Below, piece by piece: positions 1 to 16,211 of a stretch of DNA of 64,000 nucleotides. A program made the position numbers and the translations under genes. How positions within the stretch are numbered: position 1 is the stretch's first letter; every line of letters starts with the position of its first letter. Source of the stretch: an uncultured Nitrospinota bacterium (GTDB lineage: Bacteria; Tectomicrobia; Entotheonellia; J063; CAVPRW01); NCBI GenBank assembly GCA_963707985.1, contig CAVPRW010000003.1:1-64000 (forward strand). Direction: 5' to 3'. The notes below the pieces were generated by a model. That model made no database searches. It worked only from the letters and a program-made list of their open reading frames with translations, and was not told where the DNA came from.

Positions 1-531
1 GCCATCGACGCCAAGATCAACTTCGACGACAACGCCTTGTTCCGCCACGCGGACGTGCAGGCCATGCACGACCCGACCGAGGAGAACCCGACGGAGCTGC
101 GGGCCAAGGCGGCCAACCTCTCCTACATCGCCCTGGACGGCAACATCGGCTGCCTGGTCAACGGCGCCGGCCTGGCCATGGCCACCATGGACATCATCAA
201 GCTGCACGGCGGCGAGCCGGCCAACTTCCTCGACGTGGGCGGCAGCGTGACCGCAGGAGGGCGCAGTCGAGGCCTTCCGCATCATCCTGGCCGACCCCAA
301 GGTCAAGGGCGTGCTGGTCAACATCTTCGGCGGCATCGCCAAGTGCGACATGATCGCCGAGGCCCTGATCGCCGCCGCCCGCGAGGTCGGCTTCAAGGTG
401 CCGGTGGTGGTGCGCCTGGAGGGCACCAACGTCGACCAAGCCCGCCGAGTAGCCCAGCCGCCGCCGTCCCCGGCCTGGTCACCGCGACCGACCTGACCGA
501 CGCGGCGAAGAAGGTCTCTGCCGCGGTGTAG
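1..531 (+). CDS. sucC: succinyl-CoA synthetase beta subunit, C-terminal part (5' partial at window edge); two apparent frameshifts
   Basis: Frame 1 reads [16 protein letters not shown]...[11 protein letters not shown]. The homologous continuation [31 protein letters not shown]...[15 protein letters not shown] is in frame 2 (about 257-450). The C-terminus [18 protein letters not shown] returns to frame 1. Shifts are near 256 and in the gccgccgccg run near 460. Confidence 0.6.
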   Translation, partial: AIDAKINFDDNALFRHADVQAMHDPTEENPTELRAKAANLSYIALDGNIGCLVNGAGLAMATMDIIKLHGGEPANFLDVGGSVTAGGRSRGLPHHPGRPQGQGRAGQHLRRHRQVRHDRRGPDRRRPRGRLQGAGGGAPGGHQRRPSPPSSPAAAVPGLVTATDLTDAAKKVSAAV

Positions 532-910
532 ACAGGCTATTCCTGACAGAACCCTTTCTCGTACGCAACGGCGAGCTGGTGTCGCTGGGACAGGGGCAGC
601 GAGGAACTGAAGTCGCTGGGCCCCGGAATGGGGACGGGGCTCAGCCTTGTTCTTTCTTCTCCAACCTAAATCAATCCACCAGGTAATGATATTTAATGGT
701 TACCGCGACTGCTCCAATATCGTAGTTGAAGTAATTTACAATGGTTATGGGGAGCAATATTTCTCCATCGTAACCGCTGGTAGTCTTGGCAGTATTAGAT
801 CGAAGACAAGACATCATATGATTTCAATCTGATTTCTTCGTAGCCAGGACGCCATCAACCTCGAAACGCATTTCTGTCCAGCAATAATAGGAAATTAGGC
901 TCCACATAAT

Positions 911-1615
911 TCAGATCGTAATAGTAGCCATGTGTAAAATCACGGAACTTAATCCCTCTATTATGACTTGAGATAATCGACATATTCGCCGTCCAGTTGT
1001 TGAAGTAGTTGAGAAAGCAAACGTAAGGTTCAGATTCCAGAACACCTGGTTGTCGGCCAGCACTACATAACTACCCCCCGGCGGTTGATTCCAAGTGATT
1101 TTCAAGAGACGTGCCTTGCTGCCATCGCTATCTCTCTGCGCGATATTGATTACTCCATCCGAGCCGGTCGATTTGATTGTGAATGTCTTCAAATCGACGT
1201 AAGTGCCTGCGATATTAATCGGGTCATGAACGAATTGAAGAGCACCGAGTGTAGCAGTGCCTGCGGGGGGGGTGACCGGGGCCGGCAGCTCCGGCCAAGC
1301 GTTGCCGTATTTATCCTTTACTACCACGGTGATCGTATCGCCGGCTTTGATTCGGTTGTCGAGAAAATTCTGTTCGTTTAGACCGTCAGTCAGACCAATT
1401 GGCGTGCCGTTCAACTTGGTTCCCGCGGCATCATATATGTCGTACACGTCGCCGCCGTCGCCCGTGAGGAATTCCCTTGGCAGACCGGTTTGACCGCTGG
1501 TGGACCAGAGGATTGCCCCGTCCTGCACCTGGATCACCGTCGGTGGGACGAGCAGGTAGTAGTCGAACGTGCAGGTGCATTTGTCGGCTGCGGTTGGTTG
1601 TCCGCGTTGATTCAT
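911..1615 (-). CDS. hypothetical protein in low-GC islet (no recognisable domain)
   Basis: 234-codon ORF in AT-rich 640-1700 segment. No motif recognised. Flanks are AT-rich non-coding. Confidence 0.4.
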   Translation of the reverse strand: MNQRGQPTAADKCTCTFDYYLLVPPTVIQVQDGAILWSTSGQTGLPREFLTGDGGDVYDIYDAAGTKLNGTPIGLTDGLNEQNFLDNRIKAGDTITVVVKDKYGNAWPELPAPVTPPAGTATLGALQFVHDPINIAGTYVDLKTFTIKSTGSDGVINIAQRDSDGSKARLLKITWNQPPGGSYVVLADNQVFWNLNLTFAFSTTSTTGRRICRLSQVIIEGLSSVILHMATITI

Positions 1616-1920
1616 CTCTCTATCTCATTGATTTCTCAAGAGAGTTGTTCTGCCTATCTCTCTAGTTTTTAACACTCTCTGAAACTCTACTAGTGGTCGG
1701 GAGAGGAATCCGTGCCATTTCGAGTTACTGTAAGGTGGAATCGCCTGAATAGGAGCGCTCAGGATCATGGAGGAGACGGTGCGAAGCCCTCAGGCATGAA
1801 GGTTTCGTTTTGACTACCGGCAGATAACTGTATATCCTTCGTCCGCTCGACAATCTTCGTGACCTGCGTACGAGATATGTTACGGGCGAATTTCCTGGTC
1901 ATTGCCCATACGGATTTTCC

Positions 1921-2151
1921 TCAATCGCTAATCCTACTCACAAAACGCTTCCAGAGGATTTCATGGCAGGTCGGACAGCGATATACCACCTCGAAAACCG
2001 GGGGTGAGCTCTCGGGGATCTGTCGTGATAGCATCAGGGCAAGCGTCCGACAGTCATAGCATCGCGGCATGCGATAGCCGATCCCAACGTCAAACCACCG
2101 ATGCCAAGATAAACGCCAGCACGACGCCGTACCAGAGTAGTTCCACGGCAT
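1921..2151 (-). CDS. small zinc-ribbon protein (CxxC...CPxC), hypothetical
   Basis: 76-aa ORF with CYDC and CPTC pairs. No other support. Confidence 0.25.
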   Translation of the reverse strand: MPWNYSGTASCWRLSWHRWFDVGIGYRMPRCYDCRTLALMLSRQIPESSPPVFEVVYRCPTCHEILWKRFVSRISD

Positions 2152-2197
2152 CCTCCCGGACGTTACTTTAGAGCCGCCAGTCGCTTAGTCGTCTCGT

Positions 2198-2869
2198 TCA
2201 GATCACGGATAATTTGATACGTGGCATCGTCGACTTTAACGAAGCCCCCGATCCACGCACCACCAGCCATGCGGCAATACGCTGCAGGGTTTCCATCACC
2301 AACGCACCGTTCATCACATCGAGGCTGGCCACCGGCTCGTCGGCCAGGATCACCTGTGGTTCCTGCGCCAGGATTTTGGCGATGGCGACGCGTTGTTGTT
2401 CACCCCCGGAGAGTGTGTCGGTGCGTTGCCACACGCGGTCGAGGAGTCCCACGTGATCGAGGCAGCGTAGCGCCACCTCCTGCTGGTGTAGATCGAAGTA
2501 GCGGCCCAGCGCGGCCCAGCGCCGCCAACCGGTGAGATGGGGAAGTCGGCCGATCAACACGTTGTCGAGCACGCGCAGACGCCTCACCAGGTTGAACTGT
2601 TGATAGATCATCCCGACATGGGCGCGGTGTCGGCGTAGAGCGGCTCCATGCAAGGCCGCGAGGTCTTGGTCGCCGAAACGAATACTCCCCGCGCTGACAG
2701 GTATCGAACAGGCCAGACAGCGCAGCAAGGTGGTTTTACCCGCGCCGGACTTGCCGATGATGGCGACGAATTCGCCAGGTCGAATGGTAGCGCTGACCTG
2801 CTCCAGGGCCTGTTTGGCCTCAAAGCGCTTGCTGACATGGTCCAGTATGATGCACGGTGAAGCCAACAT
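2198..2869 (-). pseudogene. phnC: phosphonate ABC transporter ATP-binding protein PhnC, 3'-truncated, orphan
   Basis: Walker A GKSGAGKTT, YQQFNLV, signature [12 protein letters not shown], Walker [12 protein letters not shown] (PhnC-type). Homology stops after LQRIAAW, roughly 60 aa short. No phnD/phnE adjacent. Confidence 0.7.
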
Positions 2870-3065
2870 ACGAGTTTCCGCCCTGATGGCCCTTTCTCCA
2901 TGGGAGGGAAAGCCACAATCTGGGTCTCGGTAACGACGTGACTTATATCGGGTAGGCTAAACTACGGAATGCAGATGACAGATGCGAGGCGGGCGTGTTA
3001 ATTCCAGGTAAATTTCTGTTGGAATACGGTTGGGTGGGGTGCGTCATCGGACAGGAGAGCAGTGC

Positions 3066-4872
3066 TTAAGCCACGGGCAGAGAAAAGTTGACGGTCGTGC
3101 CCTTCCCTAGCTCGCTTTCGAGCCAGAGCTCGCCCCCATGGGCCTGGACCAAATGCTTGACGATCGCCAGCCCCAAGCCTGTGCCACCGAGCTCACGCGA
3201 GCGGGCTTTATCCACCCGGTAGAAGCGTTCGGTGATGCGTGGCAGATCGATAGAAGGGATGCCGATGCCGGTATCGACAACCCACACGTGCACGAATCTA
3301 GGCGCTCCTGTGTTCGGCACTAAGCGTAATTTCACCGTATTCTGGGGTATACTTCACTGCATTGTCCACCAGGTTCACGAAGATTTGCGTCAGACGGTCC
3401 CAGTCCGCCTGCAGCCGGATGTCCGGGGGAACGTTGTTCACGAGGGACAAGTTCTTCTGGGCCGCCAGTTTCTCGAAGAAGGCCACCACCTCTGCGGCTA
3501 CTTCGTGGAGGCTTAACAACGTAGGCTTTAACACCAGCTTGCCGGTCTCGATGTCCGAGAGCTGCAACAAGTCATCGACCAGTCGACTCAGGCGCTCGGC
3601 ATGCGTATGCGCGATCTCCAGGAAACGCCGGGCGTTTACGGGTTCCTCCAGTGCCCCATCGAGCAGCGTCTCGAGATATCCCCTGATCGAAGTGAGGGGT
3701 GTCCGTAGCTCGTGAGAGACGTTGGCGACAAATTCCGTCCTGACACGTTCGAGGCGCCGGAGTTCGGTGACGTCATGGAGAACGAGCAGAACCCCCTGCC
3801 CAGTGGGTGCCAGCGCGATCGCAGAGGCGTGTACATCCAGAATACGATCCACCGGAGGGCCGATCTCGATCTCGCGGCGGCGGGCGCCATCTTCATCCAT
3901 GCGCTTGCCGCCGGATACGAGGTCGAGGATCTCCTTGTGCCGAACGATCTCCAGCAGCGGTCGGTTTTCGACCGGTTCCCGGCTAAGATCAAAGATACGG
4001 CGGGCCGCGTGATTCATTAAGACGATGCGACTACGCTGGTCGATGGCGATGACGCCCTCAACCATACTGTCGAGGATTGCCGACACCTTCGTGCGTTCGC
4101 CTTCCAGATCCTGAATTTTGTCGCTAAGCCGCTCGGCCATGAGGTTGAGCGTCCGACCCAGCTCAGCGATCTCTCTTGTGCCCGAGATCGGGACCCGCTG
4201 TGCGAAGTCCCCCTCCGCCATCGAGCGCGCGATCGACTGTATCTCGGTAACCGGTCGGGTGACGCGACGGCTGAGAAATAGACCAACGGCGAGTACCACC
4301 GCAAAGGCGAGCAAAGCCCCCAGGGCGACGGTTTGATGAACAGAGGTGGTAGCTTGGCTGACCGCAGTTAGAGGCAAGGCGATGCGCAAAACTCCCCTGA
4401 TCTGTGCCTTATCAGCCAGGGGAATGGCGACGTAGAGCATCTCCCCATGGCGGCGTTCGGGGCGTCGAAGATGATAGCCTATACCCCCGGCCAGAGCCGC
4501 TCGTACCTCAGGCCAGTCTTCTTGATTCGCCAGGCGTCGAACTTCGCCAAGGTCCAACCCCGAATCCCCCAGCACCGTGCCATTGACGGCGATGACGGTT
4601 AGCCGGGCTTCGGAGCCAAGCATCGTACCGTATTTGTGCACCAGTTCTTGCACTGCCCCAACCGGTGTGCCCTGGGTGACATAAGGGAGAATTGCATCAT
4701 GGATCAACCGCGCATCTCTGACCATGCTGGCCGTTAAGTATGCCATCAGCGAGGTCTCAAGCGTGCGCGTCACGTAGAGCCCCATTACTGCCATGCCGAT
4801 GGCGGTCATAGCCAGCAGTATGAAGGTAAGTCGGATGGCCAATCCCGATGGTACGGTTCTCCAGAGGCCCAC
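3066..4872 (-). CDS. PhoR-like sensor histidine kinase (HAMP-PAS-HisKA-HATPase); frameshift near 3300-3335
   Basis: 524-aa ORF has H-box [13 protein letters not shown] and the N/G1 region, then stops at 3298. The HATPase G2 end (DTGIGIP...[11 protein letters not shown]...[11 protein letters not shown]) continues in another frame (3066-3335). Confidence 0.7.
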
Positions 4873-4874
4873 GA

Positions 4875-5564
4875 CTAGCCTTCCATATCAAAGCGGTATC
4901 CTACACCCTTGACGGTGACAATACGCTTGGCCTCAGCGCTCAGTTTCTCCCGCAGACGACGAATGTGCACGTCGACCGTCCGTGACTCGATCTCCGCGGC
5001 ATCCGCATATCCCCATACGCCCTCGAGCAACTGTTCCCGGTTTAAGACCCGTCCATTTGCCCGTATCAACGCACACAAGAGACCAAACTCCTTGGCCGTC
5101 AGCTCTACTGATGTCCCTTGCACGGTAACCGAATGCCTCGACTCATCGACTTCCAGCCCTCCGATGCGTCTAATCGAGACGTCAGCGGGCTCCTGCGCAC
5201 GGCGCAGAATCGCTCTCACCCGAGCCACTAGTTCGCGGGGGCTGAAGGGTTTCACGACGTAGTCGTCGGCGCCTACTTCGAGGCCGACGACGCGATCCAC
5301 TTCCTCGGCTTTGGCGGTCAGCATCAGGATGGGGAGACGTGCCGTCGCAGTATCCTGACGGAGGTGGCGACAGATTTCAAGGCCGTCCATACCGGGCAGC
5401 ATGAGGTCGAGGATGAGCAGGTCGGGGTGGTGCTCCCGAACGAGGCGGAGCGCGACTGCTCCATCCATCCCCTCCAGGCACTGAAACCCAGCCTTTTCGA
5501 GGTGGTAGCGCAGGAGTGAGACAATATCTTTTTCGTCATCAATTACTAGGACTTTGGCGAGCAT
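4875..5564 (-). CDS. OmpR/PhoB-family response regulator
   Basis: MLAKVLVIDDEKDIV...LDLMLPGMDG receiver domain plus winged-helix (VGYRF) C-terminus. SD AAAGGAGGT upstream of ATG at 5564. 4-bp overlap with the kinase start. Confidence 0.85.
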   Translation of the reverse strand: MLAKVLVIDDEKDIVSLLRYHLEKAGFQCLEGMDGAVALRLVREHHPDLLILDLMLPGMDGLEICRHLRQDTATARLPILMLTAKAEEVDRVVGLEVGADDYVVKPFSPRELVARVRAILRRAQEPADVSIRRIGGLEVDESRHSVTVQGTSVELTAKEFGLLCALIRANGRVLNREQLLEGVWGYADAAEIESRTVDVHIRRLREKLSAEAKRIVTVKGVGYRFDMEG

Positions 5565-5783
5565 AGACCTCCTTTTTGGGCTCGGGCGACGCGTGAGCGT
5601 TGGCCTCCCTTCGCCTCTTTGGCGGGAGCGTCGTGAATCGGTTTCACTATACCATGGGCCTGCAAAGGCAGCTATCCAGGTGTGGAAGATAGAGGGCGAA
5701 GACGCGCAAAACCACAAGAGGAACCTCGGAAGGAGGATGGCTAAATCGGTTTGCATGAAGGTTGTGGTGCGAGCAGCCAGCCG

Positions 5784-6086
5784 CTATGTCAGATCATGCT
5801 GCCGCAGGCTGCGGAGCATTTTGTCAGCGATCTGCTCAGCAGGGACGTGATAGGTGCCATTTTGAATCGCTGCTTGCAGCTCACGAATCTTCGCTTCTCG
5901 CACCTCCGACCCATGGACCGATCGGTACGCCAACACGGATCCAACCCACAATGCTAGGTCGGAACTCTCACCGGCTCTTGTCAGTTCTGAAACGTGCTGC
6001 TCGTCGTGCCCGTGAAGTGCAGCTGCTTCGGTCTCTCGGACTAGACCACTCTCAGGGTAGGCATCGTCGTTCATGGTGATATCCAT
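5784..6086 (-). CDS. FlgM-like anti-sigma factor (putative)
   Basis: About 100 aa. C-terminus KIRELQAAIQNGTYHVPAEQIADKML resembles the FlgM C-terminal helix. GGAGGTGG SD precedes ATG (MDITMND). Confidence 0.45.
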   Translation of the reverse strand: MDITMNDDAYPESGLVRETEAAALHGHDEQHVSELTRAGESSDLALWVGSVLAYRSVHGSEVREAKIRELQAAIQNGTYHVPAEQIADKMLRSLRQHDLT

Positions 6087-6389
6087 ATTCCCCACCACCT
6101 CCTGCGCTGCTGCGCCTGATATGCCCTGGCATCGGCCGATCATCTGCAAATCCCGGACATCTGAAATGAAGGGAAGCCCTACCATGCCGCATTGAACAGC
6201 CTAGCGGTCAAGATATCACCATACGTGTAGCTACCGAAGGCGGGATTGTCAAGTTCTTTTCGTCAAGCCTGTTCCACCGGTGGGCGATGACCTCGGCGCT
6301 TTATGTCACATCTGAGTGAGCAACCGATCGCCACGCTCGACCTCCGAAAGTCGGCGAATCTACCATAGGAAAGACGTGTAGGATAAGGC

Positions 6390-6809
6390 TTAGAGTCCCC
6401 AACTACGGACCTTCCCTGGCTCGATGCGGAAGAGCACACGATTGGGCGGCATCATTCGACCACCCCACAATCGCGCCAGGTCGGGATCGTACTTCTGCAA
6501 CAGACGCTCCACGATGAGGCGCTGTTGCTCGGGCTCATCCACGAAGCTGATATGACCTTGGATCACAACACCTCGGATCGTTGCACCTCGATTGCCCGAC
6601 TCGGCGACGACGCAGACACGAGGATCGCGCTGCAGATTCCGCACCTTTTGCAGACCAGCGACACTGATCATAAACAGCGCCTGCGGCGTGTGCAGGAACC
6701 ACATCGGCATGGCCAACGGCGCACCGCTGCGTTGCACAGTGGATAGCACCACCACCTCTTTGGTGGCCAGAAACCCCTGAATGCGGGCATCGGTGAGCCG
6801 CTCGGACAT
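6390..6809 (-). CDS. pyridoxamine 5'-phosphate oxidase-family (PPOX class, F420/FMN-binding) protein
   Basis: PNPOx-like split-barrel fold sequence pattern. GGAGGAA SD before ATG at 6809. Confidence 0.65.
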   Translation of the reverse strand: MSERLTDARIQGFLATKEVVVLSTVQRSGAPLAMPMWFLHTPQALFMISVAGLQKVRNLQRDPRVCVVAESGNRGATIRGVVIQGHISFVDEPEQQRLIVERLLQKYDPDLARLWGGRMMPPNRVLFRIEPGKVRSWGL

Positions 6810-6939
6810 GACGCTGTTCCTCCACGTATCCGTATTCACAATCGCAGGGGGTCTAGAATAAGCACACGCGCGAAGGCTGAGGCATGAGTTGCGGATGTCG
6901 ACAAGCTCGGTCCTCAGCCCTCACCACTCAGCACTGCCA

Positions 6940-7812
6940 TTATCCTGGCAGGCCCAAATAGTCGCGCTGCCAGCCGCGATAGGCATCCCGATTCAAGGCC
7001 ACATGCATGAGCTCTTCCGATGCCGCTTGGTCCTTCAGTCCTGCCGGTGCGCCTCCTCCCTTGAGGTGTTTGTAGGAGTCATACAGTGCTTTGACTGCCA
7101 CTGCGAAGGGCACATGACCCTGCAGGGCAATGCGGACGCCGTGTGCCCCAAGAAAGGCGCGGTCCCCGATGGATGGAGGGGTGCTGCCGAGGAGCAGCGG
7201 TAGGGAGATTTCCTTGTGAATCGTTTCGATCTCTTCACGTGTGCTCGCACCCGTCAGAAAAATCCCGTCGACACCGGCATCGACGCAGACTTTACACCGT
7301 GTGATCGCCCCCTGAAGGCCCTCACTGCGCAGCGCGGCAATGCGTCCGATGATGACCAGCGACGGCTCCTGTCGCGCCACAACGGCAGCCTTCAACTTGC
7401 CAGCGAACTCCGGCACCGAGATGAGCTCCTCCCCCTGTTTCTGACCATAGCGTGGTGGCAGCACCGTGTCCTCGATGGTCAAGGCGGACACCCCGGCCGC
7501 TTCCAACTCCTCAACCGTTCGCATCACGTTCAGTGCATTGCCATAGCCATGATCGGCATCAACCATAAGACTCAGGGAACTGGCCCGGCTGATACGGTGG
7601 ATCTGCTCCGCGAACTCGGTTAAGGTGAGGACCACGATGTCTGGAGCGGCGAGGACGGTTCCAGAGGCGGTCGAACCAGCCATCATGCCGATTTCGAAAC
7701 CAGCCGCTTCGGCCATCCTGGCCGAAATCGGGTCGAAGACAGACGCCGGGTGAATACATTCGGAACCCGCGAGGACGTTGCGATAGCGTGTACGGCGTTC
7801 AGTGGATGTCAT
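6940..7812 (-). CDS. isocitrate lyase/PEP mutase superfamily enzyme (methylisocitrate lyase / oxaloacetate decarboxylase-like)
   Basis: 290 aa with the ICL/PEPM TIM-barrel pattern (IVVLTLTEFAEQ...DADHGYGNALNV...IEDTVLP). Confidence 0.7.
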   Translation of the reverse strand: MTSTERRTRYRNVLAGSECIHPASVFDPISARMAEAAGFEIGMMAGSTASGTVLAAPDIVVLTLTEFAEQIHRISRASSLSLMVDADHGYGNALNVMRTVEELEAAGVSALTIEDTVLPPRYGQKQGEELISVPEFAGKLKAAVVARQEPSLVIIGRIAALRSEGLQGAITRCKVCVDAGVDGIFLTGASTREEIETIHKEISLPLLLGSTPPSIGDRAFLGAHGVRIALQGHVPFAVAVKALYDSYKHLKGGGAPAGLKDQAASEELMHVALNRDAYRGWQRDYLGLPG

Positions 7813-8597
7813 AGATGACCCTTTATGCAGGAGTGGTCAGATGATGTTGCCAGAGAGCCTGAGGATTGGGCACGGGCCATCAGCTCCACAGACAGATGCT
7901 CTCCGCGTGACGGTACGGGCTTCGATAGTGCCTGATTCTAGACCTTTCCAGACGTGGTTTCAAGTGTACTCGTGGGACACCGATAGGGCGTCCTCCCCTG
8001 CTACGGAGAACGCCATGTTCGCCTGCGTGGCCACAACTTAGGCGCTGTAGTAGCTCTCTCTTGGTCGGTCATCCATATGGCCTCGATGCTGCCGCGAGTC
8101 GCGCCCTAGTCCAGCAACCAACATGCGTCAATGGCGCAGTAAGACCTACGCGTGTACTAAAACCGTGCAGCTGGCGATGCCTCCGACTCCTCTATCAAGA
8201 AGGTGGAACTTCATGGCCCCACTACCATTCACCAAAGGGAATTGGTACAATGGGTTTAGGGCTTTGCCTACTGCAGTGCGGAATTTATTCGGAAGTTCTT
8301 TTCTTCCTATCGATTTCGGCAGACGCCAAACAAACCCGCGTAAAATGATCATGGATGGTAACGAACGAACTTTGATAGGAATCATGCTCTGGATAGCGGT
8401 GGGTACGCCCGGTAATCCGGGTGACGGTGTCTGCCAGAGTTTGTGAAATGGGATGCCTGTGATCGTCAACAGTAGAGGCTCTGCGGTAATGGGTGGCGGG
8501 ATACACCCCCTCTTTGCCCCGACTTGCGATGCCGATTCGGGTGCGATGCTGCTCCAGGGAGTTCAGCTAGGGTCATAATCGGCTAGGATCGAGGAAC

Positions 8598-14335
<5,738 letters not shown>

Positions 14336-14419
14336 CGTCTGTGGCCTGTATTGCCCGACCGGCGTCGGCCATGAGGATTTGGATGCGGCTGGAGAATACG
14401 GTCAAGGGAAAGGCATGCA

Positions 14420-16105
14420 ATGAGCGAGCACGACAAGGTCAACATCCTCATGGTGGATGATCAGCCGGCCAAGCTGCTCAGTTATGAGGTCATCCTGAGT
14501 GAGCTTGGAGAGAACCTGATCAAGGCCGGCTCGGGCAGGGAGGCACTGGAGCACTTACTGAAAACCGATATCGCCGTCGTCCTGATGGACGTGAGCATGC
14601 CGGAGATCGATGGCTTTGAACTGGCGGAGATCATCCACCAGCATCCTCGCTATCAGAAGACGGCGATTATCTTCATCTCTGCCGTGCACCTGACGGACCT
14701 CGACCAGCTCAAGGGCTACGAACACGGGGCGGTGGACTACATTTCGGTCCCGGTCATTCCGGAACTCTTGCGGGCCAAAGTCAGCGTGTTCGCCGAGCTG
14801 TACCGCAAGACGCAGCAGTTGGAACGGCTGAATCGCGAGCTGGAGCAGCGCGTGGCGGAGCGGGCTGCAGAGTTGGAAGCGTCCACCATGCGACTGCGCG
14901 AAAGTGAGGAGTCGTTCCGTGCCATCTTCGAAAACGCTGGGATCGGTATCTCAGTGCTCAACCGGGACACCAGGCTTCTGAAAGTCAACCCGACGATGCA
15001 GGAGATGCTCGGGTACAGCGCGGCGGAGGTGCTCAGCATGGAGATGGCTGCCTGGACCTACCCGGAGGATCTCCTGATCGACAATGACTTGTTTCAGGAG
15101 GTGTTTGCCGGGAGCTTGGATCGTTATCAGGTCGAGAAACGCTATATCCGCAAGGGCGGGGAGCTATTGTGGGGGCGTTTTACAGCGACTGCGATCACGG
15201 ACACCGCTGGTCGGCCGCAATTCGTGATTGGCATGCTGGAAGACATCACCGAGCGCAAACTTGCCGAAGCACAGCTCCGCGCCGGCGAAGAGCGCCTGAA
15301 AGCCGCCCTGCACGAAAAAGAAGTGCTCCTGAAGGAAATTCACCACCGTGTCAAGAATAACCTGCAGATCATTGCTAGCCTTCTCTCCCTGCAGTCCGAT
15401 CAATTGAAGGATCCCGATGACCTAGTCCTCTTTGAGGATACCCAACACCGTGTTAAGTCCATGGCCCTCATCCATGAAAGCTTATATCGCACCGGGGACC
15501 TGGCGCGCTTTAACTTCGCACGATACATCGACGGGCTTTGTACTGATCTGCTTCAGTCCTATGGGAATGGAACGTCCCATATCCGTTTACATGCCGAGCT
15601 CGACGAACTGATTTTCGATGTCGATACCGCTGTTCCCTGCGGCCTCATCATCAACGAGCTCCTCACCAACGCCTTGAAATATGCCTTTCCCGATGGTCAT
15701 CCCGGTGACATCTATATTGGGCTCCGAGCTGAAGCTGGGCAGGTGACCCTGAGTGTGCGTGATACCGGCATCGGCTTCCCCGCTAACCTCGATTTTCGCC
15801 ATACTGAATCCCTAGGGCTCCAGCTCGTCTCGATGCTGACCGAGCAACTGGGGGGGACGATTGCGCTCGCACGTGATTGCGGCACAGCCTTCGCGGTGAC
15901 CTTTCCGCACGATTCTCAGCATGTGACGGGCGAAGCATTCGCCCACCACAAAGATACGCTCTGGATGATGAGGGGATCATCGCTGCAGAAGGCAAGCGGC
16001 GCCTCACCTGTTCGGATGACACCATGGTGGCGATGGCCGGCCTGGGAGTATGCTGGGGCGATGCCACCGTGCTCGCCTCAAGGCCCCAACCTCACCCTCC
16101 TCTAG
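14420..16105 (+). CDS. response regulator - PAS - HisKA_2 - HATPase hybrid sensor kinase
   Basis: N-terminal receiver (ILMVDDQPAKLL...MDVSMPEIDG), coiled coil, PAS, HisKA_2 H-box HHRVKNNLQIIASLLSLQ, and HATPase (INELLTNALKYAF...DTGIGFP). Confidence 0.8.
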   Translation: MSEHDKVNILMVDDQPAKLLSYEVILSELGENLIKAGSGREALEHLLKTDIAVVLMDVSMPEIDGFELAEIIHQHPRYQKTAIIFISAVHLTDLDQLKGYEHGAVDYISVPVIPELLRAKVSVFAELYRKTQQLERLNRELEQRVAERAAELEASTMRLRESEESFRAIFENAGIGISVLNRDTRLLKVNPTMQEMLGYSAAEVLSMEMAAWTYPEDLLIDNDLFQEVFAGSLDRYQVEKRYIRKGGELLWGRFTATAITDTAGRPQFVIGMLEDITERKLAEAQLRAGEERLKAALHEKEVLLKEIHHRVKNNLQIIASLLSLQSDQLKDPDDLVLFEDTQHRVKSMALIHESLYRTGDLARFNFARYIDGLCTDLLQSYGNGTSHIRLHAELDELIFDVDTAVPCGLIINELLTNALKYAFPDGHPGDIYIGLRAEAGQVTLSVRDTGIGFPANLDFRHTESLGLQLVSMLTEQLGGTIALARDCGTAFAVTFPHDSQHVTGEAFAHHKDTLWMMRGSSLQKASGASPVRMTPWWRWPAWEYAGAMPPCSPQGPNLTLL

Positions 16106-16211
16106 GACGACTGGAAGCCCGCGATAGACTTCGACCTTCAGCGCTTATGGACTCACGGTACCGGCCAGCGAGCCCATCGGATCCCAGGCGGGTAGCACGA
16201 TAGGTGGCTCC

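Noticed and set aside
647-832. 61-aa + strand ORF in the AT-rich patch
   Set aside because: No SD and no similarity. Likely chance ORF in AT-rich non-coding DNA.
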